From the NCBI GenBank assembly GCA_965204535.1, contig CBDBEV010000001.1:1920001-1984000 (forward strand): 64,000 nucleotides of DNA. Direction: 5' to 3'. A program made the position numbers and the translations under genes. The notes beneath the pieces are model-generated. The model was not told where the DNA came from. It searched no databases and saw only the letters and a program-made list of their open reading frames with translations. Shown here piece by piece: positions 1 to 8,219 of this stretch (its first letter is position 1; the number at the start of each line of letters is the position of its first letter). Origin of the DNA: a bacterium (GTDB lineage Bacteria > UBA8248).

Positions 1-5
1 ACGGC

Positions 6-878
6 ATGACTACTCCGGGGCCGATGAAAGATCGCATCGGGGCTCTCAAGCGGGAATACGACGCCTTGCGCCGGGGCAGGGAATCGCTTCTGGCAATGAT
101 CGACGAGGTCGAAATCCCCGAGAGCGTCTACAACTCGAACGCGATTGAAAACTCCACCCTCACACTCGATGAGACCGAAAGAATCCTGCTGGAGCAATCC
201 CTCGCGCGCGAGGTGTCGGTGCGGGAGGTTTTTGAAGCCAGGAATCTGGCCCGCGTCACCGAATACAAGCGCACCAGAGCGGAAGATAGCGAACTGGATG
301 AGGAGTTGATATTGCTCTTGCACCAGATGCTCATCGGCGGCATCGACGACGCCATTGCGGGCCGGTTTCGGAGACAGGGAGAGTACGTGCGCGTGGGTAC
401 GCATATCGCGCCCGCGCCCGAGCACGTGGAGCGCATGATGGAGAACATCCTCATCACATATTCGAGCGATCTGGATTCCTACTGCCTCGACAAGATTGCC
501 CGGTTCCATCTGGATTTCGAGACGATTCATCCCTTTTGCGACGGCAACGGCCGCATCGGTCGGGTGATCATCAACTTCCAGCTTCTGCGACTCGGCCTGC
601 CGCGCCTCATCATTCGCAACTCGGACAAGGAGCACTACTACCAGGCGTTCAACGACTATCGCGACCGCCGGACGGCCCGGACGATGGAGAACATCCTGGC
701 GCTCGCTCTCCTGGAGTCGCTTCACAAGCGGGTGACCTGCCTGCGGGGAGAATCGGTCGTGCGGCTCTCCGACTACATCAGAAAGAGAGGCCTCTCGGCC
801 CCCGCCACGACCAACGCCGCCCGCCGCCAGACCATCCCCGCTTTCCGGGAGAAGGGCGTCTGGAAGATCGGAGAGTGA
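6..878 (+). CDS. Fic family protein (putative AMPylase) with a short C-terminal HTH-like tail
   Basis: Canonical Fic motif HPFCDGNGRIGR; N-terminal inhibitory-type motif SNAIENS. Confidence 0.92.
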   Translation: MTTPGPMKDRIGALKREYDALRRGRESLLAMIDEVEIPESVYNSNAIENSTLTLDETERILLEQSLAREVSVREVFEARNLARVTEYKRTRAEDSELDEELILLLHQMLIGGIDDAIAGRFRRQGEYVRVGTHIAPAPEHVERMMENILITYSSDLDSYCLDKIARFHLDFETIHPFCDGNGRIGRVIINFQLLRLGLPRLIIRNSDKEHYYQAFNDYRDRRTARTMENILALALLESLHKRVTCLRGESVVRLSDYIRKRGLSAPATTNAARRQTIPAFREKGVWKIGE

Positions 879-1075
879 GGGGAAGTGATCTTGAAGATTA
901 AAGGGCGTCGCGCGGCGGCTGAGCGCTCGCCCCCGCCGCCGCATCTGGCGGGCTTCGCCGTGATGCGGCATAATGGGGACATCATGTTCGAGGATAAGCC
1001 TGAGCCCCGCTGATGGTACCCGCCGCGCGCGAACCGGGGCCGAACCGATACGGTTCGCACCTTGAGGGCCGACCA

Positions 1076-2266
1076 ATGACCCAGGAATTCCTCGCCGATT
1101 TAGCCGGCCGGATCGAAACGCTGAAGGCCGACGGCCTGTTCAAGCAGGAGCAGGTCATCTCCTCGCCGCAGCAGGGCGAGGTCACCCTCGAGACGGGTGC
1201 GGCCTGCATCAACCTGTGCGCCAACAACTACCTGGGCCTCTCCAATCACCCACGCCTCGTCGAGGCGGCCAGGGCCGCGCTGTCCCGGTATGGTTTCGGA
1301 ATGTCGTCGGTCCGGTTCATCTGCGGCACCCAGGTTCCCCACAAGCAGTTGGAGGAGCGTCTGAGCGCGTTCCTGGGAACCGAGGACACGATCCTCTTCC
1401 CGAGTTGTTTCGACGCCAACGCGGGGCTGTTCGAGAGCCTACTGGGCGAGGAGGATGCGATCATATCCGATGCGCTGAACCACGCGTCGATCATCGACGG
1501 CGTGCGTCTTTGCCGCGCGAAGCGGCTGCGCTACGCCAACAACGACATGAAGGACCTGGAAGCCAGGCTGAAAGAAGCGGCCGGCGCGCGCTACCGCCTG
1601 ATCGCCACGGACGGGGTCTTTTCGATGGACGGCTACATGGCCGATTTGCCGGCCATCTGCGACCTGGCGGAAAGACACGACGCCCTCGTGATGGTGGACG
1701 ACAGCCATGCCGTCGGCTTCGTCGGCGAAAACGGACGGGGCACGCCCGAGCGCTTTGGCGTCGCAGGAAGGGTCGACATCCTCACGGGGACCCTCGGCAA
1801 GGCGCTGGGAGGCGCGGCGGGGGGTTACGTCTCGGCCCGGCGCGTCATCGTGGAGTGGCTGCGCCAGAGCGCACGGCCCTACATCTTCTCCAACACGCCG
1901 GCCCCCGTCATCGCCCAGACCGGCCTGGCGGCGCTGGATCTTCTCGCCGGCTCGGCGGAGCTGCGGGATCGGCTCTGGCGCAATACGAGGCGCTTCCGCG
2001 CCGAAATGACCGCCCTGGGGTTCGAACTGCTGCCGGGCGAGCACCCCATCATCCCCCTGATGCTGCGCGACCCGAAGCTGGCGCAGAACTTCGCCGCCGG
2101 ACTCCGCGAGGAGGGCGTGTTGGTCACCGCGTTCTCGTTTCCCGTCGTCCCGCGCGGGGGGGACAGGATACGCACGCAGATGTCGGCGGCCCACGATACG
2201 GGAGACCTCGACCGCGCCATCGGCGCATTCGCCGAGGTGGGCCGCAAACTCGGGGTAATCACCTAG
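1076..2266 (+). CDS. kbl: Glycine C-acetyltransferase (2-amino-3-ketobutyrate CoA ligase)
   Basis: [42 protein letters not shown] lysine in [19 protein letters not shown]; start set at ATG 1076. Confidence 0.93.
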   Translation: MTQEFLADLAGRIETLKADGLFKQEQVISSPQQGEVTLETGAACINLCANNYLGLSNHPRLVEAARAALSRYGFGMSSVRFICGTQVPHKQLEERLSAFLGTEDTILFPSCFDANAGLFESLLGEEDAIISDALNHASIIDGVRLCRAKRLRYANNDMKDLEARLKEAAGARYRLIATDGVFSMDGYMADLPAICDLAERHDALVMVDDSHAVGFVGENGRGTPERFGVAGRVDILTGTLGKALGGAAGGYVSARRVIVEWLRQSARPYIFSNTPAPVIAQTGLAALDLLAGSAELRDRLWRNTRRFRAEMTALGFELLPGEHPIIPLMLRDPKLAQNFAAGLREEGVLVTAFSFPVVPRGGDRIRTQMSAAHDTGDLDRAIGAFAEVGRKLGVIT

Positions 2267-2276
2267 CGCACGGGAG

Positions 2277-3077
2277 ATGAGCATGCTCACACTTGAAGGA
2301 CAGGCGGCTATCGTCACCGGCGGCGCGAGCGGCATCGGACGCGCCACCGCGCAGACGCTGGCGGATGCGGGTGCCGCCGTCGTCATCGCCGACCTGAACG
2401 AGGAGGCGGGTGCTGCGGCAGCGGAAGAGCTCAAAGCGGGGGGCGCCGAAGCGCTGTTCGTCCGGACCGACGTGGCCGAGGCCCGCGACGTCGAAGCGCT
2501 CATCGAGGCGGTGACGGAGCGGTTCGGCTCGCTGGAAATCCTGATGCACTTCGCGGGAATCGGTGTGGAAATACACGCTCTCGAAACCACTCTCGAGGAT
2601 TGGAACCGCATCATCGCCGTCAACCTCACGGGAAGTTTCCTGATGATGCAGGCCGCCGGCGCCGTGATGGTCGAGGCGGGATACGGCCGGATCGTGTCGA
2701 TGTCCTCAGTCGCGGGGCTGCGGGGCGGGACGGGGCGCGCGGCCTACGGCGCGTCCAAGGGCGGCGTCGCGGCGTTGACGAGGGTGTTGGCGACCGAGTG
2801 GGCGGAGTCCGGCGTGACGGTCAACACCCTGGCGCCGGGGCCCGTCGAAACCCCGCTGGTGAAGGAAATGCACGACGAGGAGACCCGCCGGGCCTATCTC
2901 CAGAGCGTTCCGATGAACCGCTACGGGGCGCCGGAGGAGGTGGCGGCCGCGGCCCTCTACCTGGCGCTGCCGCAATCGGGCTACATCAACGGCGTGACGC
3001 TGCCCGTGGACGGCGGCTTCGACGCCGGCGGCGTCATCAAGCGCGGCCCCGGAGGGTTCGGAGAGACGGCCTCCTGA
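2277..3077 (+). CDS. SDR family NAD(P)-dependent oxidoreductase
   Basis: TGGASGIG, YGASK (YxxxK), LPVDGG. Confidence 0.93.
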   Translation: MSMLTLEGQAAIVTGGASGIGRATAQTLADAGAAVVIADLNEEAGAAAAEELKAGGAEALFVRTDVAEARDVEALIEAVTERFGSLEILMHFAGIGVEIHALETTLEDWNRIIAVNLTGSFLMMQAAGAVMVEAGYGRIVSMSSVAGLRGGTGRAAYGASKGGVAALTRVLATEWAESGVTVNTLAPGPVETPLVKEMHDEETRRAYLQSVPMNRYGAPEEVAAAALYLALPQSGYINGVTLPVDGGFDAGGVIKRGPGGFGETAS

Positions 3078-3078
3078 A

Positions 3079-3638
3079 GCGGCTGTTGAAAAATCCTTGT
3101 CGGGAAGAATTCCTCCTTCTTCAGTTGGAATTCACCCCCCCAACCCCATGTCAGCGGGGCTTTTTGCTTTTACCCCCCTGTCAAGGGGGGGTAGGGGGGG
3201 TTGCCTTTCATGCAGGGGGCCTTTGAAGCTCCCTCATCGGTCGCGTCAAACCCTCGATACAGCCCTTGTGGACCTGTTCGGAATGAAGAAGTTTTTCGTT
3301 CTCCTCACCCTGAGTAGCCGCCGGAGGCAGCGTATCGAAGGGCAATCGCGCCCAATGCGGAAGCGATGCGTCGCACGCCGGTAGAGGTTTTTTGACCCTC
3401 TCTCTTCGGTCGGGTCAAATCTTCGATACAAACGCTCTTTCATCAGTCGCGTTTGACCAGCGCGCCTACTCGGGATGAGGTTTTGTAGCCGTCTGTGTGG
3501 TAGAAAGGAGAACCGCCTCGTAATCCGCCATACCATCCGCTCGCCCTCGACTCGAAAACCAACCCCCCCTACCCCCCCCTTAACAGGGGGGTAAAAAAAG
3601 AAGGCCCCCCTGACAAGGGGGGCTTTTTCAACAACCTC
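3079..3638. mobile_element. MITE-like non-coding element carrying G/C-run palindromes
   Basis: 18-bp imperfect terminal inverted repeats (GCGGCTGTTGAAAAATCC vs GAGGTTGTTGAAAAAGCC on the other strand, 15/18), flanked by TGAA at 3075-3078 and 3639-3642; inverted copies of the CCCCCCTACCCCCCCTT(G/A)(T/A)CAGGGGGG motif inside. Confidence 0.6.
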
Positions 3639-3728
3639 TGAAGCACGGCGCGCATCCCCTCCGCATGGCGTTTTGGGCGCACGAAAGATTAAGCCCTTGA
3701 TGGATGGGATACGACGCCCCCTTCGCGC

Positions 3729-4181
3729 CTACCCGGGTCTCCTTGCGAAGAACTCGCGGTACTTGGGCGCCAGCGGCGCGTCGCGCCAGTCGAAGCCGGT
3801 GGCGTCGGCGGCCCCCTCCATCTCCCGCGCGCTCCAGTCGTTCTCATCCGCCAGATGGTTCAGCGAGCAAATCCCGGCCCGCCCCGTGGCCTTTCAGTGC
3901 ACGAACGCAGGGCCGTGGGCCTTGGCTTCTGAGAGCGCGCGGCTCACCTCGGCCAGCGAGGCGGGGCTGAACTCGGCCGGCGAGACGGGGACGTTCACGT
4001 AGCGCATCCCCAGCGCCTCGGCCTCTGCCTTGGCGCGCTCGGGCGGCAATTCGCCCTGGTCTTCTTCGGGAAAGCGCGTGTTGATGATGGTCTTGACGCC
4101 TCTTGCGGCGAGGGATTCCAGATCCGCGGGCTCGGGCTGCGAGCCGAAGGCGATGTCTTCAGATGCGTGGAAGTATTCCAT
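3729..4181 (-). CDS. Putative selenoprotein, Blh/TIGR01244-like rhodanese/phosphatase-fold sulfurtransferase (150 aa, U96)
   Basis: The ORF track stops at TGA 3894-3896 after ...PAFVH. Reading through gives H-U-K-A-T-G-R (the family HCxxxxR active loop) and 54 more codons to TAG at 3729-3731; N-terminal QP..DL..LAARGVKTIINTR..EE motif. Confidence 0.85.
3862..3883 (-). promoter_or_regulatory. Candidate bacterial SECIS hairpin for U96
   Basis: mRNA GGCGGGC-CGGGAUUU-GCUCGCU, a 7-bp stem (two G-U pairs) with a G-rich loop, starting 10 nt after the UGA. Confidence 0.55.
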
Positions 4182-4203
4182 GTAAAAACTCCAGGTATGG
4201 GGG

Positions 4204-4764
4204 TTAATCCGCCGTCACGCCCTCTATCTTGAAGGGCTCGCCGTTCACCTCCACGGTGGAGTGGAGCGGCACCGGCTCGGTGATGAGGGCCTCGGCGAAA
4301 CAGCCGTTCTTCGCGTTCTTGATGAGGTGCGCGAGCTTCTCCGCAGGCTCGTCCGATTCGACTTTGAGATGCGTGTCCACGGCCTCCCACTTGTTGAACA
4401 CGGTGCCCTTGAGCACCGAGCCGCCCAGCAGCTTTCGGAACCGCACCGAGACGCTCGCTCCCTTGATCTCCATTTTCATCATGTGCGCGTACCGCGACAC
4501 CTGGGTGAGCAGTCAGAACCCCGTCGCCATGGCGAGATAGGCCATCGGCGTGGGGTATTGCGCCGTGCCGCCGATGTTCGCGCCCTCGTCGCAGAAAATC
4601 TCGAACTTGCCCGCCGTGCCGCGCTTGAGCTGCAGGGAGCCTTCGTGCATCTCGGTGTGGACGGTGTTGTCGGTATACAGCCCCCCTTTGGGGAGTTCGG
4701 GCTTGTCGATGACGCGCTCGCCCGGCACGGTGGAGGTGCTGTGTCCATCTACAGGACCTGTCAT
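4204..4764 (-). CDS. Putative selenoprotein, OsmC/Ohr-like peroxiredoxin (186 aa, U84, C155)
   Basis: Track ORFs 4513-4764 and 4204-4500 are in the same frame, joined by TGA 4513-4515 and LLTQ: ...DEG..IGG..YPTPMAYLAMATGF-U-LLTQVSRYA...AKNGCFAE; the U-to-C spacing resembles the OsmC Cys pair. Confidence 0.9.
4483..4500 (-). promoter_or_regulatory. Candidate bacterial SECIS hairpin for U84
   Basis: mRNA GUG-U(bulge)-CGCG-GUA-CGCG-CAC begins 12 nt after the UGA; a bulged U and a G/U-containing apical loop, as in the E. coli fdhF-type SECIS. Confidence 0.7.
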
Positions 4765-4982
4765 GGATTTCTCCTCATGAATATGTGGTTCGCATGATTT
4801 CGTCGATGCGCGCAGGATACGACAAACGCTTCGCCAAGTATAGTTTCCGGAGAGTGGAACCGGCGGGCTTGATTGAGGAATTCCGGCGAGCCTGCTAAAC
4901 AGGTGGTCACCAAATCTATGAATGGCCAGTGCGGCGAAGGGAGCGCGTTCCGCCGCCGCGCCCGGCCGGGAGGAATGCGGAT

Positions 4983-5381
4983 ATGTTCAACAAATTTCAT
5001 CACATCGGCGTCGCGGTGAAGGACATGGACGCCGCCATCGCCCTGTACGAGGGCATGGGCGCGAAGCTGCTCGCGCGGGAGACCTCCGCCGACGGCGCGA
5101 CCGATCTGGCCATGCTGGATTTGGGCGGCGACCTCATCGAGCCCATCTCGCCCATCCAGCAGGATTCGCCTCTCGCCAAGTTTATCGAGGAGCGCGGCGA
5201 GGGCCTCCACCACGTGGCCTTCGACGTGAAGAACATCGACGGCGTGCTGGCCGACATGAAGGCGCAGGGCTTCGAGTTGATTGATGAGAAATCGAGGCCC
5301 GGCTTCGGCGGACACCTCATCGCCTTCATCAAGCCCAAGAGCACGATGGGCACGCTGTGGGAGCTGGTGGAGGACGTTTAA
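4983..5381 (+). CDS. VOC family protein, methylmalonyl-CoA epimerase-like
   Basis: HHIGVAV, IEPISP, KFIEERGEGLHHVAFDV, AFIKPKSTMGTLWELVE. Confidence 0.85.
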   Translation: MFNKFHHIGVAVKDMDAAIALYEGMGAKLLARETSADGATDLAMLDLGGDLIEPISPIQQDSPLAKFIEERGEGLHHVAFDVKNIDGVLADMKAQGFELIDEKSRPGFGGHLIAFIKPKSTMGTLWELVEDV

Positions 5382-5385
5382 GTCC

Positions 5386-5500
5386 GTAGGGGCGATCCCC
5401 CGTGGTCGCCCATTCGTCCATTCAAGGACAGGCACGGGGGCCTGTCCCTACGCCTCGTTTCAAGCGCGGGTTTCCGTAGGGGCGCTTCGCGAAGCGCCCG
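5386..5500. repeat. Cluster of GTAG-type REP-like palindromes
   Basis: GTAGGGGCGATCCCCCGTGGTCGCCC, GGACAGGCACGGGGGCCTGTCCCTAC and GTAGGGGCGCTTCGCGAAGCGCCC between convergent genes. Confidence 0.8.
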
Positions 5501-5581
5501 CACCCTTCGGTATGGTCCGTTCCCGAGCGGCGGGGCGGCCCCGAGGAGGGGCTGCCGTAAGGTTCAGGAAAAATTATTTCC

Positions 5582-6343
5582 TCAGTCGCCCCGTACGAGG
5601 CCTTCTCTCACTTTCGGCATCGTTTGCGCGATGTCCCGTATGGGCAGGCCGTGCGTCGGCGCGACGACTTCGACGTCCAGTTCATCCATCAACTCTTCGA
5701 GCTTGTCGGCGTAGACGTTCATGTCGGTGAAGGTCGTCCAGTACAGGGCGCGTTCGGCGAAAACGCCCAGCACGTCGACCAGATCGAGCGAGGTGGCCTC
5801 TTCGGCGAACATCCCGCAGTGGCCGTCCGTATGGTAGTGGCTGTAGGCGAAGCCGTCTCCCGGAAACAGCACGCGCCCTTTGGTCTCGAACCCCCAGAGA
5901 GAACTCCGCAAGTCCCGGATCACCGGCTCCACGGCCATGAACTTCGTATCGCCCAGGTCGATGGCGTCTCCCACGCGCATCTCCCGGAAGCGGCCCTCGT
6001 GCTGGGGAAACGCCAGGTGGTAGTCGCACATGTCCCCGTGGATGGTGAGGTCGGGGTATCGGTCGAGCACGCGGCCCAGACCGCCCGAGTGGGGGGTCTC
6101 CTGATGGGTCAGGAACAGGTGTTCGAGCGGGCCTCCGCCGCGGGCCAGGATGTCCCTCATCTGGCGCTCGATGATGGGGAAATCCTTGGGGTGTCCCGTC
6201 TCTATCAGCATGGAGGCTTCTGAGCCGATGATGAGGAAGGCCGCGTTGTAGGAGTGATAGATCTTGCCCTGGGAGTGTTGGACCAGGCAGTCGCCGAGCC
6301 AGAAGACGCCGGGCGATATTTCGCGGGGCAGGGGATGGCTCAT
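5582..6343 (-). CDS. MBL-fold (FprA/ODP-like) protein
   Basis: YNAAFLI..LIETG, THQETPH (variant of HxExDH), LFPGDGF, APTHG. Confidence 0.8.
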   Translation of the reverse strand: MSHPLPREISPGVFWLGDCLVQHSQGKIYHSYNAAFLIIGSEASMLIETGHPKDFPIIERQMRDILARGGGPLEHLFLTHQETPHSGGLGRVLDRYPDLTIHGDMCDYHLAFPQHEGRFREMRVGDAIDLGDTKFMAVEPVIRDLRSSLWGFETKGRVLFPGDGFAYSHYHTDGHCGMFAEEATSLDLVDVLGVFAERALYWTTFTDMNVYADKLEELMDELDVEVVAPTHGLPIRDIAQTMPKVREGLVRGD

Positions 6344-6351
6344 GTGTGCTC

Positions 6352-7215
6352 CTATCTTTCGAGGCCCAGCGCGACGTATTGGGGTTTGACGACGCCCCGG
6401 TCGAGACCCGCCAAAACCTCATCCAGCACGGCGAATTGTTGCTCGACCAGACGGCGCCCGCGCAGGATGGCGCCGTATCCCGGAGCGATGGTCTCGATGT
6501 CGTAGCGCTCGAAGACTTCGGTGATGCCTTTTCGGATGGAGTCCGTCCTCGCGCCCTCGAGCCACCAGTAGCGCGTGTTCAGCAGGAACGAGCGGACGAA
6601 AGCGGTCGTCGTCACCTCGTCTTCATCCAGCAGCCAGGGGCCTTCCGCCCCCTCCGCCCAGAGGTGGCTGAACATGTCCGAGGTGAACAGGATACGCGTG
6701 GCCGCATCGTAAATCCAGCGGGTGCTGATGAGGCGGATCGGCGCGTTCATCACCTCGATGTATCTATCGCCGATTTCAAGGGGATGGAGCGGCTTCAGTA
6801 TCGTGGTGGGCAGGATGGGGTTGCCGTTGTTCGCTTCGTTCGGCTCGATCGCTTCGAACTCGAGCCACTCGTTGATTTCCGGCACGGGGGCGAGGCACTC
6901 CACCACGTTGAAGCGCTTGGCGACCGCCATGGCGTTTCCCACCGACATGAATTCGTTGATGCGCAGCGGGAGCAGGTGCAGCGGCGTATCGGGCTCGATG
7001 AGGGATTCCAGCTGCGCCAGAATCTCGGCTTCGTGGGCGGCGTAGCCCGTGTCGAGCAGGAGCGCGCCCGCGTCTTCTTTCAGGAGAAAGCAGTTCGATA
7101 CGCTGTGCCCGCGCGCGCTGATGGGGTATGCGCTGATGCGCCCGTCCAGCGGGAACGTGTTGTGGAGGGCGTAGACCTTTCCCTCCGCGAGTTCGGCAAT
7201 CCCGGAATACGACAT
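6352..7215 (-). CDS. MBL-fold (FprA/ODP-like) protein lacking the His metal motif
   Basis: NCFLL..LLLDTG, WIYD..TRILFTSDMF, IAPGYG; the HxExDH region is replaced by LRINEF. Confidence 0.7.
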   Translation of the reverse strand: MSYSGIAELAEGKVYALHNTFPLDGRISAYPISARGHSVSNCFLLKEDAGALLLDTGYAAHEAEILAQLESLIEPDTPLHLLPLRINEFMSVGNAMAVAKRFNVVECLAPVPEINEWLEFEAIEPNEANNGNPILPTTILKPLHPLEIGDRYIEVMNAPIRLISTRWIYDAATRILFTSDMFSHLWAEGAEGPWLLDEDEVTTTAFVRSFLLNTRYWWLEGARTDSIRKGITEVFERYDIETIAPGYGAILRGRRLVEQQFAVLDEVLAGLDRGVVKPQYVALGLER

Positions 7216-7405
7216 GCGTACGGCGGCCTTTCCTTGTCGGCGACGAACAGAAGACTTGCGCCGAGGGAATTTGCGACCAGATGACTAAAAATCCATTGTA
7301 ACCCCATTCCGCGTGAATTGGCGATGCCCGCAGCATTTCTCTTTAGAATCGATTCTGACCTAGAGGGGAAGAGACATTACAATCTCTTGTAGAGCACTCA
7401 ACAAC

Positions 7406-7853
7406 CACTCCCCCCTTGAGGGGGTCGGGCTTTCCCCTCGGGAAGCCCGACAGAGGCCGAGTCCTTTGGACGAAGGCCGATGTGGTGGGGGGACATGCCA
7501 CAGAAAAAGCTCCCCCCACCGACTCGTTTGCGGGCTTCGCCCTTACCTCGTCGACTCCCCCTCAAGGGGGGAGTGAAGCGTGACTTCCACCGAACTCCCC
7601 AACCCCCTTCTCAGGGGATAAAGGCAACCCCCCCTACCCCCCCTTGTCAGGGGGGTATGAAAAGGCGACGCCCGCCGCCGGGAGAGGGGCTTTTGTTTTT
7701 TCTTGCCCCCTGACATGGGGGTCTTTCTTTTTTTGCCCCCCTGACAAGGGGGGGTAGGGGGGGGTGGTTTTCGAGTCGAGGGAGGGCCGGCGGGGAGAGA
7801 GCGATTTCTCGGCTTGGGAGTTTGCTCGTCATTCCGGTGGATGCCGGAATGAC
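7406..7853. repeat. Composite intergenic palindromic repeat cluster
   Basis: CACTCCCCCCTTGAGGGGG...CCCCCTCAAGGGGGGAGTG inverted pair; CCCCCCTACCCCCCCTTGTCAGGGGGG with its inverse; CGTCATTCCGG...CCGGAATGACG; blocks shared with 3079-3638 and 13899-14408. Confidence 0.8.
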
Positions 7854-7939
7854 GGTGTTATCGACTTGGCGCGTTATTTCCCCTTGAGCGTCGTCTTCTC
7901 AAACAGGATTCCCCTAACGCCATGTTATATGGATGGTTA

Positions 7940-8198
7940 TCCGCCGCGTGGTTCGCCGTCACCAAAATGGCGGCGCCTCCGCTTCCCAAAGGCCGGGGGA
8001 CGGGGTAGGATTTATGGAAGAGCCTGCGATGGATTCGGCCGGTTGGGTCTCGTGCGGCGGGAGCCCGCGAACCCCGTCAGGTCCGGAAGGAAGCAGCGGT
8101 AAGTGGACACTCCCGGGCGCCACGAGGGCGCCTGACCGGTCGACTCCATCGCAGGGTCTGCGCGCCGCTCACGGGGTATGGGGCCCTTCAACGGCGGA
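7940..8198 (+). ncRNA. ffs: Signal recognition particle RNA, probably the large (Alu-domain) type
   Basis: Helix-8 motif CCGTCAGGTCCGGAAGGAAGCAGCGG (8074-8099); CCTGCGATGGA (8023-8033) pairs with TCCATCGCAGG (8145-8155); ends TCCGCCG/CGGCGGA pair; lies directly upstream of dnaX. The outer ends are approximate. Confidence 0.9.
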
Positions 8199-8219
8199 AA
8201 TCCTTGGGATGGATTCTTG

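Noticed and set aside
3894-4515. Pseudogene reading of the two TGA-interrupted ORFs
   Set aside because: Both stops are TGA at the catalytic Cys position, the frames stay open, hairpins follow and selC is present; two independent nonsense mutations of this kind are unlikely
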